DNA of 64,000 nt from a virus. The notes below the pieces were generated by a model. That model made no database searches. It saw nothing but the letters and a program-made list of their open reading frames with translations, and was not told where the DNA came from. The stretch is from the IMG/VR virus record IMGVR_UViG_3300047090_000102, positions 1 to 64,000 of that record; one strand, given 5' to 3'. The translations under genes were made by a program, and so were the position numbers. Numbering within the stretch: position 1 is the stretch's first letter; each line of letters begins with the position of its first letter. This document shows, piece after piece, positions 37,537-46,258 of this stretch.

Positions 37537-38336
37537 CAGTCAATCTCCTCAAGGGCACTATTCAGAGCACGAACAAAGAGCGGGCGGAGTATAGCGCGCA
37601 CCATCGCCGAACGCCGGGCAAGTGCCGCCACCTGCCGCCCGAACGTGCGATAAAACCACATGACCACAGATCCAAACGGACTCTTGGCAAACGAGTGATT
37701 CAACCATGCGCGCAAGATGAACACACGAATGTCGGTCGGAGACCAGAGAGCCTCAGCAATCCAGCAGCCCATCTTTGCATAGTCCGCACCACCCTGCGCG
37801 GCGTAGTTCAATGCCGTCTGCCACCATGGCGGTTGGTTCTCTGCTTTCTGTGCGGTGTTCAGAGAATTGTCAGAGGCTCCGAGAGACGTACCATAAGCCC
37901 CTTCCCACATCTGCGGAACTTTGCCTTCTTCGCCCACAACGTACTGATTTCCCTTGTCCAGTTGCTCGGTATCCAGTTGCTGCTCTTTGGCGTTGAAAGA
38001 AGTAAGATCACGCGCGCCGGCCCGGGCTGCTTCAGCTTCTACTGCTGGAGCATTCGCCGTGTTATATCCGGTACGCTGCGCATCCCTCGAAACCGTATCC
38101 TCAAAGCCTTTCTGGTTTGCTTGTGAAACGTCATTCGCCATAACGCCGGCGTTATTCATGAAGCTTCCACCTGGACCATACGTGCTATTCAACCAGTTCG
38201 AATAGTTTCCGATCCCGCTCTGGAAGTCAGTGATGCCTTTACCGACACCGGCAAATGCGGTCCCGGCGTTCGCCTGGTCCTGCTTAGAGTTGGCTTCCGC
38301 CTGCTGTCCGATTCGTTTTTGGTCAGATTTTCCCAT
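37536..38336 (-). CDS. internal-virion-like protein
   Basis: ATG with GAGGAG upstream. Q/N/G/A-rich, with a hydrophobic C-terminal part. Assignment is positional. Confidence 0.55.
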   Translation of the reverse strand: MGKSDQKRIGQQAEANSKQDQANAGTAFAGVGKGITDFQSGIGNYSNWLNSTYGPGGSFMNNAGVMANDVSQANQKGFEDTVSRDAQRTGYNTANAPAVEAEAARAGARDLTSFNAKEQQLDTEQLDKGNQYVVGEEGKVPQMWEGAYGTSLGASDNSLNTAQKAENQPPWWQTALNYAAQGGADYAKMGCWIAEALWSPTDIRVFILRAWLNHSFAKSPFGSVVMWFYRTFGRQVAALARRSAMVRAILRPLFVRALNSALEEID

Positions 38337-38343
38337 GATCTCC

Positions 38344-38769
38344 TCAGAGCATCCGGCGGTAATGAATAAGTCCGGTTGGCTTCAATTTGGCCTTGTCCAG
38401 ATGACGTTCGTTAGCTTTTTCCCACGGGCCGGGCATCACAAAGGCATGCAGCCAGCGTGCACCGGCCTTACTGGCTAGGGCGAATACCACTTCCTGGAAG
38501 TCGATGGTTTCTTTCAATGCCTCTGGATCAATTCCGGCCAGATTCCATTCGATACAAAGTTCAAGATAGAAAGGCAAAACTATCTCGCCATCACGCTCTA
38601 CGACCCAGTAGAAGACGGCCGGATTGCGTTTCAATTCGCCAGAGCCGTCCTCGATCATCATCTCCGGAAGATCCATCTGCCCTGGTTCCCGTCCGATCTT
38701 CTCCTCAAGTTGTGCCTGACAACGGACGATTGCTGGCCAGTCTTCCGGAAGCGCCTCGCGAATACTCAT
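38344..38769 (-). CDS. GNAT-like acetyltransferase (weak)
   Basis: MSIREALPEDWPAI... N-terminus and a VVERDGEIV strand typical of GNAT proteins. No clear Q/RxxGxG motif. Confidence 0.4.
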   Translation of the reverse strand: MSIREALPEDWPAIVRCQAQLEEKIGREPGQMDLPEMMIEDGSGELKRNPAVFYWVVERDGEIVLPFYLELCIEWNLAGIDPEALKETIDFQEVVFALASKAGARWLHAFVMPGPWEKANERHLDKAKLKPTGLIHYRRML

Positions 38770-39239
38770 GGCGTTGGTGAAAGGAAGCCTACTGAAGGAC
38801 TGTCATCACCAAAGTTTTGGCCGCCATCAACAGATGCGGATACTTTAAAAAACAAGCCCGCCGGACCAGGAATGGTGAATATATGCTGTGTGCCGAAGCC
38901 GTAGTCCTTTACGTTATTTTGGAAATTTATGTCCGTCGAAGACACCAGGTGGTAAGTCAATAAAAATCCCTGAGCATTCGTTGCTGGCGCTGTAATTGTC
39001 ACAGTGTAGAAACCGGTCGTGGCATCATATTGAACAATCAGTCCGGGAGGATTTGCCGGTGGAGGATTTTGAGGCACAGGCGGATTCTTCTGAGAGTCAA
39101 CCATGGTCAATGGGTTGGCACCTGTGATGGACTCAAGAAGTAATAAGCGATCATGGACCGCTCCCAGAGCACGGTGCATGGCATCGTGTACGTTCTGGTC
39201 TTCAATCCCGTCGGCGTACATTCTTAGATCAGATGGCAT
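38766..39239 (-). CDS. structural-module hypothetical protein
   Basis: ATGA overlap with the upstream gene. Confidence 0.6.
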   Translation of the reverse strand: MPSDLRMYADGIEDQNVHDAMHRALGAVHDRLLLLESITGANPLTMVDSQKNPPVPQNPPPANPPGLIVQYDATTGFYTVTITAPATNAQGFLLTYHLVSSTDINFQNNVKDYGFGTQHIFTIPGPAGLFFKVSASVDGGQNFGDDSPSVGFLSPTP

Positions 39240-39242
39240 AGG

Positions 39243-41876
39243 CTATATATTTGGACGGCTCCCAGAAATTTTCCTGGCGTAAATGGCCGCCCATTGGACG
39301 TCTGCCGAGGCATCTGGCGTTCTATTGTTGTGAATTCTCAGACGGAATCGTTCGTTCTGTCCGCTTGCTCCGCACGAATAACCAACAGGGGAAGTGGTGG
39401 CATTCCATGTTCGAGACAGCTGCCGAAACAGTTTAGGGTCCCTCCCGCCTGATTCAGGACTTACGCTGCGTCCAAACAGTACTTCCACGAAAATATCTCC
39501 AGTGGTAGTACCGTTAGTCTGTACGCCGCCTAACTGACTTACGGCCATGAGTTCCTCGTGTGTAGCGGTTTCTACTACGAAATCGATACCACCGCCGTTG
39601 TCGTTATAGACGTAGGGTACGATCACATTCACGATGCCGTCGAAGTTGGAAGTGCCGAACATGAGCTGAGTATTCAGAATGCTTGCGTCCAACAATGGGG
39701 CCGGATTCACTAATGTGCGCTCGACTCGGAATATTACATTCGCCGCGATGTCATCAATATTCCACTTCCTGGCGATAGGAGAGGCCACAAGTTTACCGCT
39801 AAAACTCATGTGGAACGGTGCTGCAAACTCTTCGTTCAGGGTAGGATCATGCGATTGGCGATAGTTGCATTTCAGCACCACATTGTTCTGTGTGCTTAAA
39901 TCCAATGGGACTGCGATACGAATCTCTTTTTCCTCGTCGTCAATGTGGACAACAATGTTTTGCGCGAACTTCCAGTTGATGCGTGCCCATAGTTTGCTGA
40001 TTTCTCGTGTGATCGGATACGGCTGGTTGCCTTGATAAATATAGAGCCCGCTACGGTGGGCATAAGCCATAAATCTGGTGCAGACATCGACCGCCCGCGG
40101 GCCACATGGACCTGACCCTATCCAGCGTTCCTGCACTGCCCATGTTGAGGGATCGGAACCTCCTGGACTCATAACATAGCCGGCGCGTTCTTTGAAGAGA
40201 TACACCTGGCCGCGCCACTCGCGCGCAGTAATCGCCCTCATGCCATTACCCTGAGCGACGATTACTAATCCGGTGTCGCCAAATACTCCTTCTGGATTGT
40301 TCTGCAAAGATACGTACCAGCCATCGGGAATGATGTCGGCTTGATAGAGTAACCTGCCGACTGAACGCACAAACTGGATGTCGGAACAACCGGGAAGTTG
40401 AATAAGGCGAAAATTGTCAGTGACGTTTGCATTTCCGATAAGCGCCTGCAGATAAGTATCAGTGAAGTTGAAAGTTGCTGTCGTGGTGACGTTATCGTTG
40501 ATTACCGTCGTGGTGATCGCCACACCGTTGGATACATCATTTGCCGGGATATAGAAGTATGGCCCAGCAGAGGATGCGCCTGCAGGCGTAAGCGCTACGA
40601 TCCGTTGTGCAGTATGGGGAGTAGGGCCGAGCGGAATTTTGAGGGCAAATAATTGTGCAGCAGTCGCAGTTCCGCCAGAAATATTCAACTGGACCACGCT
40701 AGGCGATGTCATGCCAGAGATATAGCCATTGCGATTCACGAAAAGCACGACCGCCCAACGTCTTCCTGCAGGAACGTTCCCTGTAGTGCTAATGATCAGG
40801 GCACTGTTCGTAGCCAAAGGCTGTGCTGATACTGGAGTGCTATTCACTGACACAAAAGTTCCCGCAACAAGAGCGAACGGGCCGCCAGGATATTTATTGA
40901 ACGCTGTTAAGGCTGGCTGTGCTGCGCCGGTTGCAACATCTACCACATATATGTTCCAGTTAGTCGGTGGATTCGTCAGACCTGTAACCCATGCGCGCAA
41001 GCCATTGGGTGTCTTCACGGTAATGTTCACCAGATCATTGAGTGCCGTGTTTTTAACTGCCAGCGCGACTAAAGGGTCTGATTCACCATTTGCGTTAAGC
41101 AATGTAATAGCGACCCATACGTCTCGGTTGGCGGGGAATGCCCCGGCACCGGCAACTACGGTTGCGGCAAGCGAAAAGCCAGAGGTCGGAACATCGGGTG
41201 AGACTGTGGCAAAAACTCCGCCTGCTGCTGTCAAACCAGTCGGTGCAGGAACTGCAGTGCTGAAAATTAACGTGTTCTCAGTCCAGACAACGGTACCGTC
41301 ATTCGTTGTAGCACTGTCGCCTACATTCCATGCTGGTTCTATATTCCCGCTTTTACCAGCAGTCGTACACCGGAAAACTTTGCCAAGCGCAGGAGTACTT
41401 GCCGAGCATACACATTCGCCGACAACATAGTTCGTTGCAGCCTTCCATGGGTCGCCGACCGGACGAAGACTCAAGGGATCAAGATTCCCAGTTGTAAGGT
41501 TATAGACAGCAGGAACGGACGTAGAGCGGATCAGATTGGTTAGCGCAAGATACGCACCAATAAATGCCGGCGCGATTTGCATTGAACCTGGCACCAAAGA
41601 TACAGTCGGGTTTGATACAGAAACCAGTGTACCGCTTCCGGCCGGAGACTCGATCCAGAGGTTGCCTTGTGAGTCAAATATCATCGGCACCTGCTGGAGC
41701 GTCTGAACATTAACGAGAGACGCTCCGCCGGTTATCGGGTTGAGTTTGCCAGTGCTGATCCCCCACTGCCTGGAGAGGCCGTCGCGAGTACGCACGCTGC
41801 TCCCGTGATAGCGTACATTTCGCATGATTGGAGACAGACCAACCGGAATTTTCGTTACATCCTCTTCGTCAAACAT
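39243..41876 (-). CDS. large tail/nozzle-like structural protein (T7 gp12-position)
   Basis: 877 aa, beta-rich composition. Assignment is by position and size only. Confidence 0.6.
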   Translation of the reverse strand: MFDEEDVTKIPVGLSPIMRNVRYHGSSVRTRDGLSRQWGISTGKLNPITGGASLVNVQTLQQVPMIFDSQGNLWIESPAGSGTLVSVSNPTVSLVPGSMQIAPAFIGAYLALTNLIRSTSVPAVYNLTTGNLDPLSLRPVGDPWKAATNYVVGECVCSASTPALGKVFRCTTAGKSGNIEPAWNVGDSATTNDGTVVWTENTLIFSTAVPAPTGLTAAGGVFATVSPDVPTSGFSLAATVVAGAGAFPANRDVWVAITLLNANGESDPLVALAVKNTALNDLVNITVKTPNGLRAWVTGLTNPPTNWNIYVVDVATGAAQPALTAFNKYPGGPFALVAGTFVSVNSTPVSAQPLATNSALIISTTGNVPAGRRWAVVLFVNRNGYISGMTSPSVVQLNISGGTATAAQLFALKIPLGPTPHTAQRIVALTPAGASSAGPYFYIPANDVSNGVAITTTVINDNVTTTATFNFTDTYLQALIGNANVTDNFRLIQLPGCSDIQFVRSVGRLLYQADIIPDGWYVSLQNNPEGVFGDTGLVIVAQGNGMRAITAREWRGQVYLFKERAGYVMSPGGSDPSTWAVQERWIGSGPCGPRAVDVCTRFMAYAHRSGLYIYQGNQPYPITREISKLWARINWKFAQNIVVHIDDEEKEIRIAVPLDLSTQNNVVLKCNYRQSHDPTLNEEFAAPFHMSFSGKLVASPIARKWNIDDIAANVIFRVERTLVNPAPLLDASILNTQLMFGTSNFDGIVNVIVPYVYNDNGGGIDFVVETATHEELMAVSQLGGVQTNGTTTGDIFVEVLFGRSVSPESGGRDPKLFRQLSRTWNATTSPVGYSCGASGQNERFRLRIHNNRTPDASADVQWAAIYARKISGSRPNI

Positions 41877-41962
41877 GGAACCGAAGATTTCGAACGGCCT
41901 AGGAGTGAATCCTTCAAAATTGATGGGGCACCGGCCTTTTTAAAAGCGGAGGGAAAGAAGTT

Positions 41963-42071
41963 GCTGGTGTCTTGCCATTAGACGACTCTCCGCCTGGGGC
42001 CATACACCATAAGAGCGGCTCATGGGAGAGGGCTTGCGCAGAGAACCAGGACTCGAACCTGGATTTCCAGC
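41963..42071 (-). ncRNA. circularly permuted tRNA-like element (3' half, 45-nt linker, 5' half)
   Basis: Minus strand 42071->42038 reads GCTGG AAAT CCAGG TTCGAGT CCTGG TTCTCTG C. Minus strand 41992->41963 reads CGGAGAG TC GTCT AATGGCA AGAC A CCAGC. The acceptor stem pairs 7/7 (2 G-U). The anticodon stem pairs 5/5. U8, A14, G18G19, A21, G53:C61 and the T-loop are canonical. No canonical anticodon loop is present. Confidence 0.5.
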
Positions 42072-42108
42072 CACGTTCATTATGCTATCGCACACTGGGC
42101 GAATCGGT

Positions 42109-42504
42109 CTACGTGCCAGTCTTCCAGGTCAACGAGATGACGAGTTGCATGCCGCCGACACCGTTGAAGTTGGCAAGAGTAATAGCCTGGCTGGCATAAC
42201 TGGCTCCAGTAAATTCCGCTCCGCCACCTGTGTAGAACTTCATCTTAAAGGTAGAGAGCGTTGCCGCCGTAATGATACCGGTGTAAACGCCACCCATTTC
42301 CTCAAGATAGATACCAGGAGGAATCAAAGGCACACGGCTTGGTATCGGGTGAGCGATGAAGTTTGGATTCGCCGGACTCGTTGCGCTGGCGAAGTTTATG
42401 ATATCTCCCCCAACGGTGTAGAGGCCACTCGGCAGGACGCTTATATAAGTGGTTGTCTGAGTACCGCCCTGCTGGACATCAATAACGGAAAGAGCTAGAG
42501 GCAT
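42109..42504 (-). CDS. structural-module hypothetical protein
   Basis: ORF track. Confidence 0.6.
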   Translation of the reverse strand: MPLALSVIDVQQGGTQTTTYISVLPSGLYTVGGDIINFASATSPANPNFIAHPIPSRVPLIPPGIYLEEMGGVYTGIITAATLSTFKMKFYTGGGAEFTGASYASQAITLANFNGVGGMQLVISLTWKTGT

Positions 42505-42526
42505 TGTTTTTCTCCTAATGAAAAAT

Positions 42527-43207
42527 TTAGCGCGGATTTACTGAACGGCGACGTCGACCGGCATGCATCCTTCCAACGCGCCTTATCTTTTTCTGGTTCT
42601 GCCGTGACAGGAACTGCGCCACGTCATCAAATGAATCGTCTGCTTTCTTGCTGTATGCCTGAATCCATCCTTGGTTCCCGCGAACCACGCCGATCAGCGC
42701 AGCGACTCCGTACGCAAGCACGACACCGAAGTTGTTTGTGATCCGCACCACATCTTGCTCGTTTGCCAGCGGCGCGAACATGAATTCACCAGTAACGCGA
42801 ATGTCCATTGCGAGAGTAGACGGCGTTAAGAAGATTACGCCTGAGCGCCACTCCCAGTCTGTGATCAACTGCCCGGGCGTCACGTCGCTAACTTTGTCCA
42901 CGAACTCTGCTTCCTGATAACTGACCCTAGATAGTCCATTCTGTTTGTATTCAAGGATGCGCGGCTGAAACATGAGTTCCAAGGGCTTACCAGATACTTG
43001 GAATGAACTCAGGTCCGTCGTCTGGGCAGGGACATTGATAAGTTCGACCTGTTTGCGTTCGAAGGAGCCATCGGCGGCAAGCAGTTTGTTGGCGCTTTCT
43101 TCGTAAATTTGCGCGACAAGGGGATTTAGGAAAGCATCGGACGTGTAAGTTCCGTCCGCGTCGTCACAGAGTCCTCGGATTCTAGCTTTAAGGTCGGAGT
43201 AAAACAT
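42527..43207 (-). CDS. head-tail adaptor / tail-tube-A-position protein (candidate)
   Basis: 226 aa. Assignment is positional only. Confidence 0.55.
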   Translation of the reverse strand: MFYSDLKARIRGLCDDADGTYTSDAFLNPLVAQIYEESANKLLAADGSFERKQVELINVPAQTTDLSSFQVSGKPLELMFQPRILEYKQNGLSRVSYQEAEFVDKVSDVTPGQLITDWEWRSGVIFLTPSTLAMDIRVTGEFMFAPLANEQDVVRITNNFGVVLAYGVAALIGVVRGNQGWIQAYSKKADDSFDDVAQFLSRQNQKKIRRVGRMHAGRRRRSVNPR

Positions 43208-43785
43208 TGTGTCCAGGTTTTATTAGTACAGATTCTCCAAATTTGTCCGCGTGTAATTCCAAATACTGCGGTTATTTCTTTGCGGGTTTTACCTTCTTGC
43301 ACCATTGCCTTTATTTTGGCGATGTCCTCTGATTTTAGTTTGCACTTCGGATTTTCAGTAGCACGCCAATGTGTACGGCGACCTTTTGCCGCACAGTCAC
43401 GCATATTTTCAATGTGCGTCCCAGTCCAGAGATGATCTGGATTTACACACGGAGGATTGTCGCAATGATGAAGAACCCCATGTCCATCTGGGATCGGTCC
43501 TTTAGTAAGTATCCATGCGACTCTTTGAGCTTGCTGCGTAGTCCATTTGCCGGAAATTTTAGTGCGGAATGTGCCATATCCATCACGCTTCTTGCAGCAA
43601 CCAGTCCAAACCCAGCAGGGCCCAAGTTCAGGCCGATGCGCAGGCACCGGCCCATCCTTGTTTACCTTTTTCCAGAATAACTCGCAGAGTGGCCTTCTAC
43701 GTTTTTCTGCCGTTGCTGCTGCGGCAGCAGATGCTTTAATAGCGTGAGTGCGCCGTTCTTCTGGAGTTTCTCCCATGCCATGCAA
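43126..43785 (-). CDS. free-standing HNH homing endonuclease with C-terminal HTH
   Basis: PCWVWTGCC..RDGYG...AQRVAW......GHGVLHHCDNPPCVNPDHLWTGTHIENM plus KTRKEITAVFGITRGQIWRI. TTG at 43785 and ATG at 43776. Confidence 0.7.
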   Translation of the reverse strand: MHGMGETPEERRTHAIKASAAAAATAEKRRRPLCELFWKKVNKDGPVPAHRPELGPCWVWTGCCKKRDGYGTFRTKISGKWTTQQAQRVAWILTKGPIPDGHGVLHHCDNPPCVNPDHLWTGTHIENMRDCAAKGRRTHWRATENPKCKLKSEDIAKIKAMVQEGKTRKEITAVFGITRGQIWRICTNKTWTQCFTPTLKLESEDSVTTRTELTRPMLS

Positions 43786-43803
43786 TATAGCATGGCACCA
43801 TGT

Positions 43804-44844
43804 CTACTTCTCGTCCTTTTCCTTCCCGGTCTTCGGTTTGGCTTTCTTGCCTGCTTCGCCGTCGCTGCGGGCCAGATCACGTTGCGCTTTTATTTCATTG
43901 GCCTCAGCCCATTGTTCGGACGTCATGCGGTCCATCGCGAGATCGCCGTACGGGATGAGGGCCATTTTGTAAGCCCGCAGAGGGTCGTACACAAAGCCGC
44001 AGGTCTTGCACTGTGCAAAACGCTTCTCTGGAATCTCGCCGCAGTTAGGACACGGTTCCGTGTTCTGGCCGAGCAGGATGGGTCCGGCTACCAGCCATTC
44101 AGGCTTACGGCTGATGAGCTTCAGGTGCAGAGCCATCGCCGCGGCATCCCGGTGGTGGTTCACGACTTCGATTCTCCGGTTCGGCATACCCCAAATGGCA
44201 TCGGCAACCTGGCACTGAGCGACAAGGTAGCGATTCCGTGCCTGTTCCGCTTCCTGAAGTTTGTGCTTCAGCCCAGAACTTGAATCCGGCGGAGCCTCAC
44301 CCTCGTACGCCATTACTCCCCAGTGGGCACCGTCAATGAACTCATGAATGTAGTCTTCCGCCAACTTCTTTGGGATCCATGGAATGGACGAGAAGTTGTC
44401 GATGTTGTCGAATCCGGCGCCAAGGTCTTTCACATCCCAATGGACTTCGCCGAGGACCTTCTGGACATATGGCGAACCGATGGTACATGCCGGGATCTGG
44501 TTGCCATTGACCGCGATCCGAGAGTGGATCACGCCGTTGACATTCAGCGGGTAGGGCATGAGATTGACTACGCTCCAAGGGAACCAGCGCATGTCCTTGA
44601 GCATGTCCTGCATTTCTGTGCGCGTGCGGTGAAGACGTCTGACTGACTCGCCGGCATTCTTGTCGTTGAATACCGCGTCTGGTGTTGCTCCGGGGATATG
44701 TATCGGCTTTCCCTGGTCGTCATAACCAGTGCCTGATGTCCTTTGGATGATGCGTTGCTGCTCTGCTTGCCATTCGCGGTCGGTCGGTGGAACTACTGGA
44801 ACTGCGAGGTCTACTCCGTATCTTACTTCTGTATCTCCTGCCAT
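43804..44844 (-). CDS. structural-module protein with C-terminal zinc ribbon and Lys-rich tail
   Basis: ORF track. Contains CPNCGEIPEKRFAQCKTCG. Confidence 0.6.
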   Translation of the reverse strand: MAGDTEVRYGVDLAVPVVPPTDREWQAEQQRIIQRTSGTGYDDQGKPIHIPGATPDAVFNDKNAGESVRRLHRTRTEMQDMLKDMRWFPWSVVNLMPYPLNVNGVIHSRIAVNGNQIPACTIGSPYVQKVLGEVHWDVKDLGAGFDNIDNFSSIPWIPKKLAEDYIHEFIDGAHWGVMAYEGEAPPDSSSGLKHKLQEAEQARNRYLVAQCQVADAIWGMPNRRIEVVNHHRDAAAMALHLKLISRKPEWLVAGPILLGQNTEPCPNCGEIPEKRFAQCKTCGFVYDPLRAYKMALIPYGDLAMDRMTSEQWAEANEIKAQRDLARSDGEAGKKAKPKTGKEKDEK

Positions 44845-44987
44845 TTGTTACTCCTTTTGCTGCTTGTTTTTTACTTCTGGACTGCTAAACTTATGGACGT
44901 TCTTGCATGTTAGGCATTGGGGTGCGCGCCCTCTGTACTGATCCAGTCCTGCTAAGTTTCATGCAAGAAAGAGGGCAATTTGATTTC

Positions 44988-45248
44988 ATGAGCAACCTTC
45001 TGCCATCGGCCTACCGCCCGCCCTACGACGCTTACCACCGGCCAATGTTAGGTCGTTACCACCGGCTGAGCACACGGGTTGAAGAACGAATCACCCAATG
45101 CAAAACCGAGCACCGGCGACTGCAACTCATGACGTTGAACTTTCATTGCATGGTGATGGCCGGGATCATCGTGCTTGAAGATCGTTTCATCCCGGAACCT
45201 ACGGAGTTTGCTTTGAAACTTAGAGCCGCGATTGGAGCACCACTATGA
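44988..45248 (+). CDS. hypothetical protein (start uncertain: 44907, 44961 or 44988)
   Basis: First gene of the opposite-strand island. ATGA-coupled to the next gene. Confidence 0.4.
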   Translation: MSNLLPSAYRPPYDAYHRPMLGRYHRLSTRVEERITQCKTEHRRLQLMTLNFHCMVMAGIIVLEDRFIPEPTEFALKLRAAIGAPL

Positions 45249-45562
45249 GCGAATCGTCCTTGAATCATGCCGGGAAAATACCTGGAATCGTCTTGATGTT
45301 CTGCCCTCTGTGCGGCGTTAAACTGACAGCCCACGAGAACTACACGTCCATCATCGGCGTTGATCGAAAATACGAGTGCATCCCTTGCGGCGTCCTTTTC
45401 TACTCGCATTGCTGGGATAACAAAGTTTTGTGGTACCCGACGGCCAGCAAAGCCAGGCCATGGTTTGACCCGATGTGCCAAGGAGAACCTGTTCTCCGCG
45501 CAGAAGTTGAAGCGCTCAAGTGCGGCATGACCGATATGCGCCCGCGCGACAACTTGACTTAA
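45245..45562 (+). CDS. zinc-ribbon protein
   Basis: CPLCG...CIPCG. Confidence 0.5.
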   Translation: MSESSLNHAGKIPGIVLMFCPLCGVKLTAHENYTSIIGVDRKYECIPCGVLFYSHCWDNKVLWYPTASKARPWFDPMCQGEPVLRAEVEALKCGMTDMRPRDNLT

Positions 45563-45571
45563 AGGAGCTTC

Positions 45572-46039
45572 ATGCAAATCCGTAGAGCCCAACCCAGTGA
45601 AACTCGCGTCCTGAAAGACTGGATCGCCGCAAGCCATTACCTTCAATCGTGCCCTCCTGGTTTTGTTCACCTGTACGAGTTCATCGAAGGCAAGGAATTG
45701 ATTGGTGGCATGTTGCTTGGTAGGCCGTCCGCCAAGCAATATGACCCTGACAAAATACTTCAACTACACCGTGTTTTTTTCATTGACGATACTGCTCATT
45801 GCGTTGAAAGCCAGGGACTCGCCCAGATGCGTAAGCATGTTCGTATTTGGCTTCCGAACATTCGCGGACTGCTGTCTTACTCCGACCCGACCATCGGTCA
45901 TCAAGGAACGATCTACGAAGCCGACATGTGGTGCCCGCTCGGTTTGACTGATGAACATTGGGGTTATGGATGGAAGTCGAGAGGTGGAAGACGCGATCAA
46001 CGAATAAGCCGAAAGATGCGCTGGTTCCGCACGCCGTAA
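45572..46039 (+). CDS. GNAT-fold (Mom-like) acyltransferase candidate
   Basis: The pattern ...SHYLQSCPPG...LIGGMLLGRPSAKQYD...LQLHRVFFIDD....ESQGLAQMRKH...LLSYSDPTIGHQGTIYEA..W resembles the Mom/GNAT-like prophage family. Eye-level match only. Confidence 0.4.
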   Translation: MQIRRAQPSETRVLKDWIAASHYLQSCPPGFVHLYEFIEGKELIGGMLLGRPSAKQYDPDKILQLHRVFFIDDTAHCVESQGLAQMRKHVRIWLPNIRGLLSYSDPTIGHQGTIYEADMWCPLGLTDEHWGYGWKSRGGRRDQRISRKMRWFRTP

Positions 46040-46051
46040 AGGAGATTCATC

Positions 46052-46258
46052 ATGCCGCCCAAAAGTCATAAGCGCTGCCGCGCTGTCGTAGAAGGCCATA
46101 TCCGAAAGGCTGCTTACGCTCTCTACTGCATCAAGATTTTTCATGCCGATGGCTGCAAGGAATCTGGAGTCACTGACGAGATCAAAGAACTTGTCGAGAA
46201 AGCGGAGACGATCTTGTCCGACATACGATACAAAGGCGAGTACAAGGCCAGCACCTAG
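46052..46258 (+). CDS. hypothetical small protein
   Basis: ORF track. Last gene of the island. Confidence 0.45.
   Translation: MPPKSHKRCRAVVEGHIRKAAYALYCIKIFHADGCKESGVTDEIKELVEKAETILSDIRYKGEYKAST

Noticed and set aside
41955-42110. An ordinary tRNA gene, suggested by the GGTTCGAGTCC T-arm signature on the minus strand.
   Set aside because: The sequence upstream of the T-arm cannot form an acceptor or D arm. The matching 5' half lies downstream of the 3' half. No register gives a U33-containing anticodon loop. I therefore report it as a permuted tRNA-like element rather than a tRNA. A tmRNA reading was also considered. No tag-like reading frame follows, and the D arm is too canonical for tmRNA.
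45143-45763. 206-aa minus-strand ORF.
   Set aside because: It is antisense to three plus-strand ORFs that are translationally coupled (ATGA) and carry recognisable zinc-ribbon and GNAT-like motifs. Its own translation has no motifs and an odd composition. It is treated as a shadow ORF.
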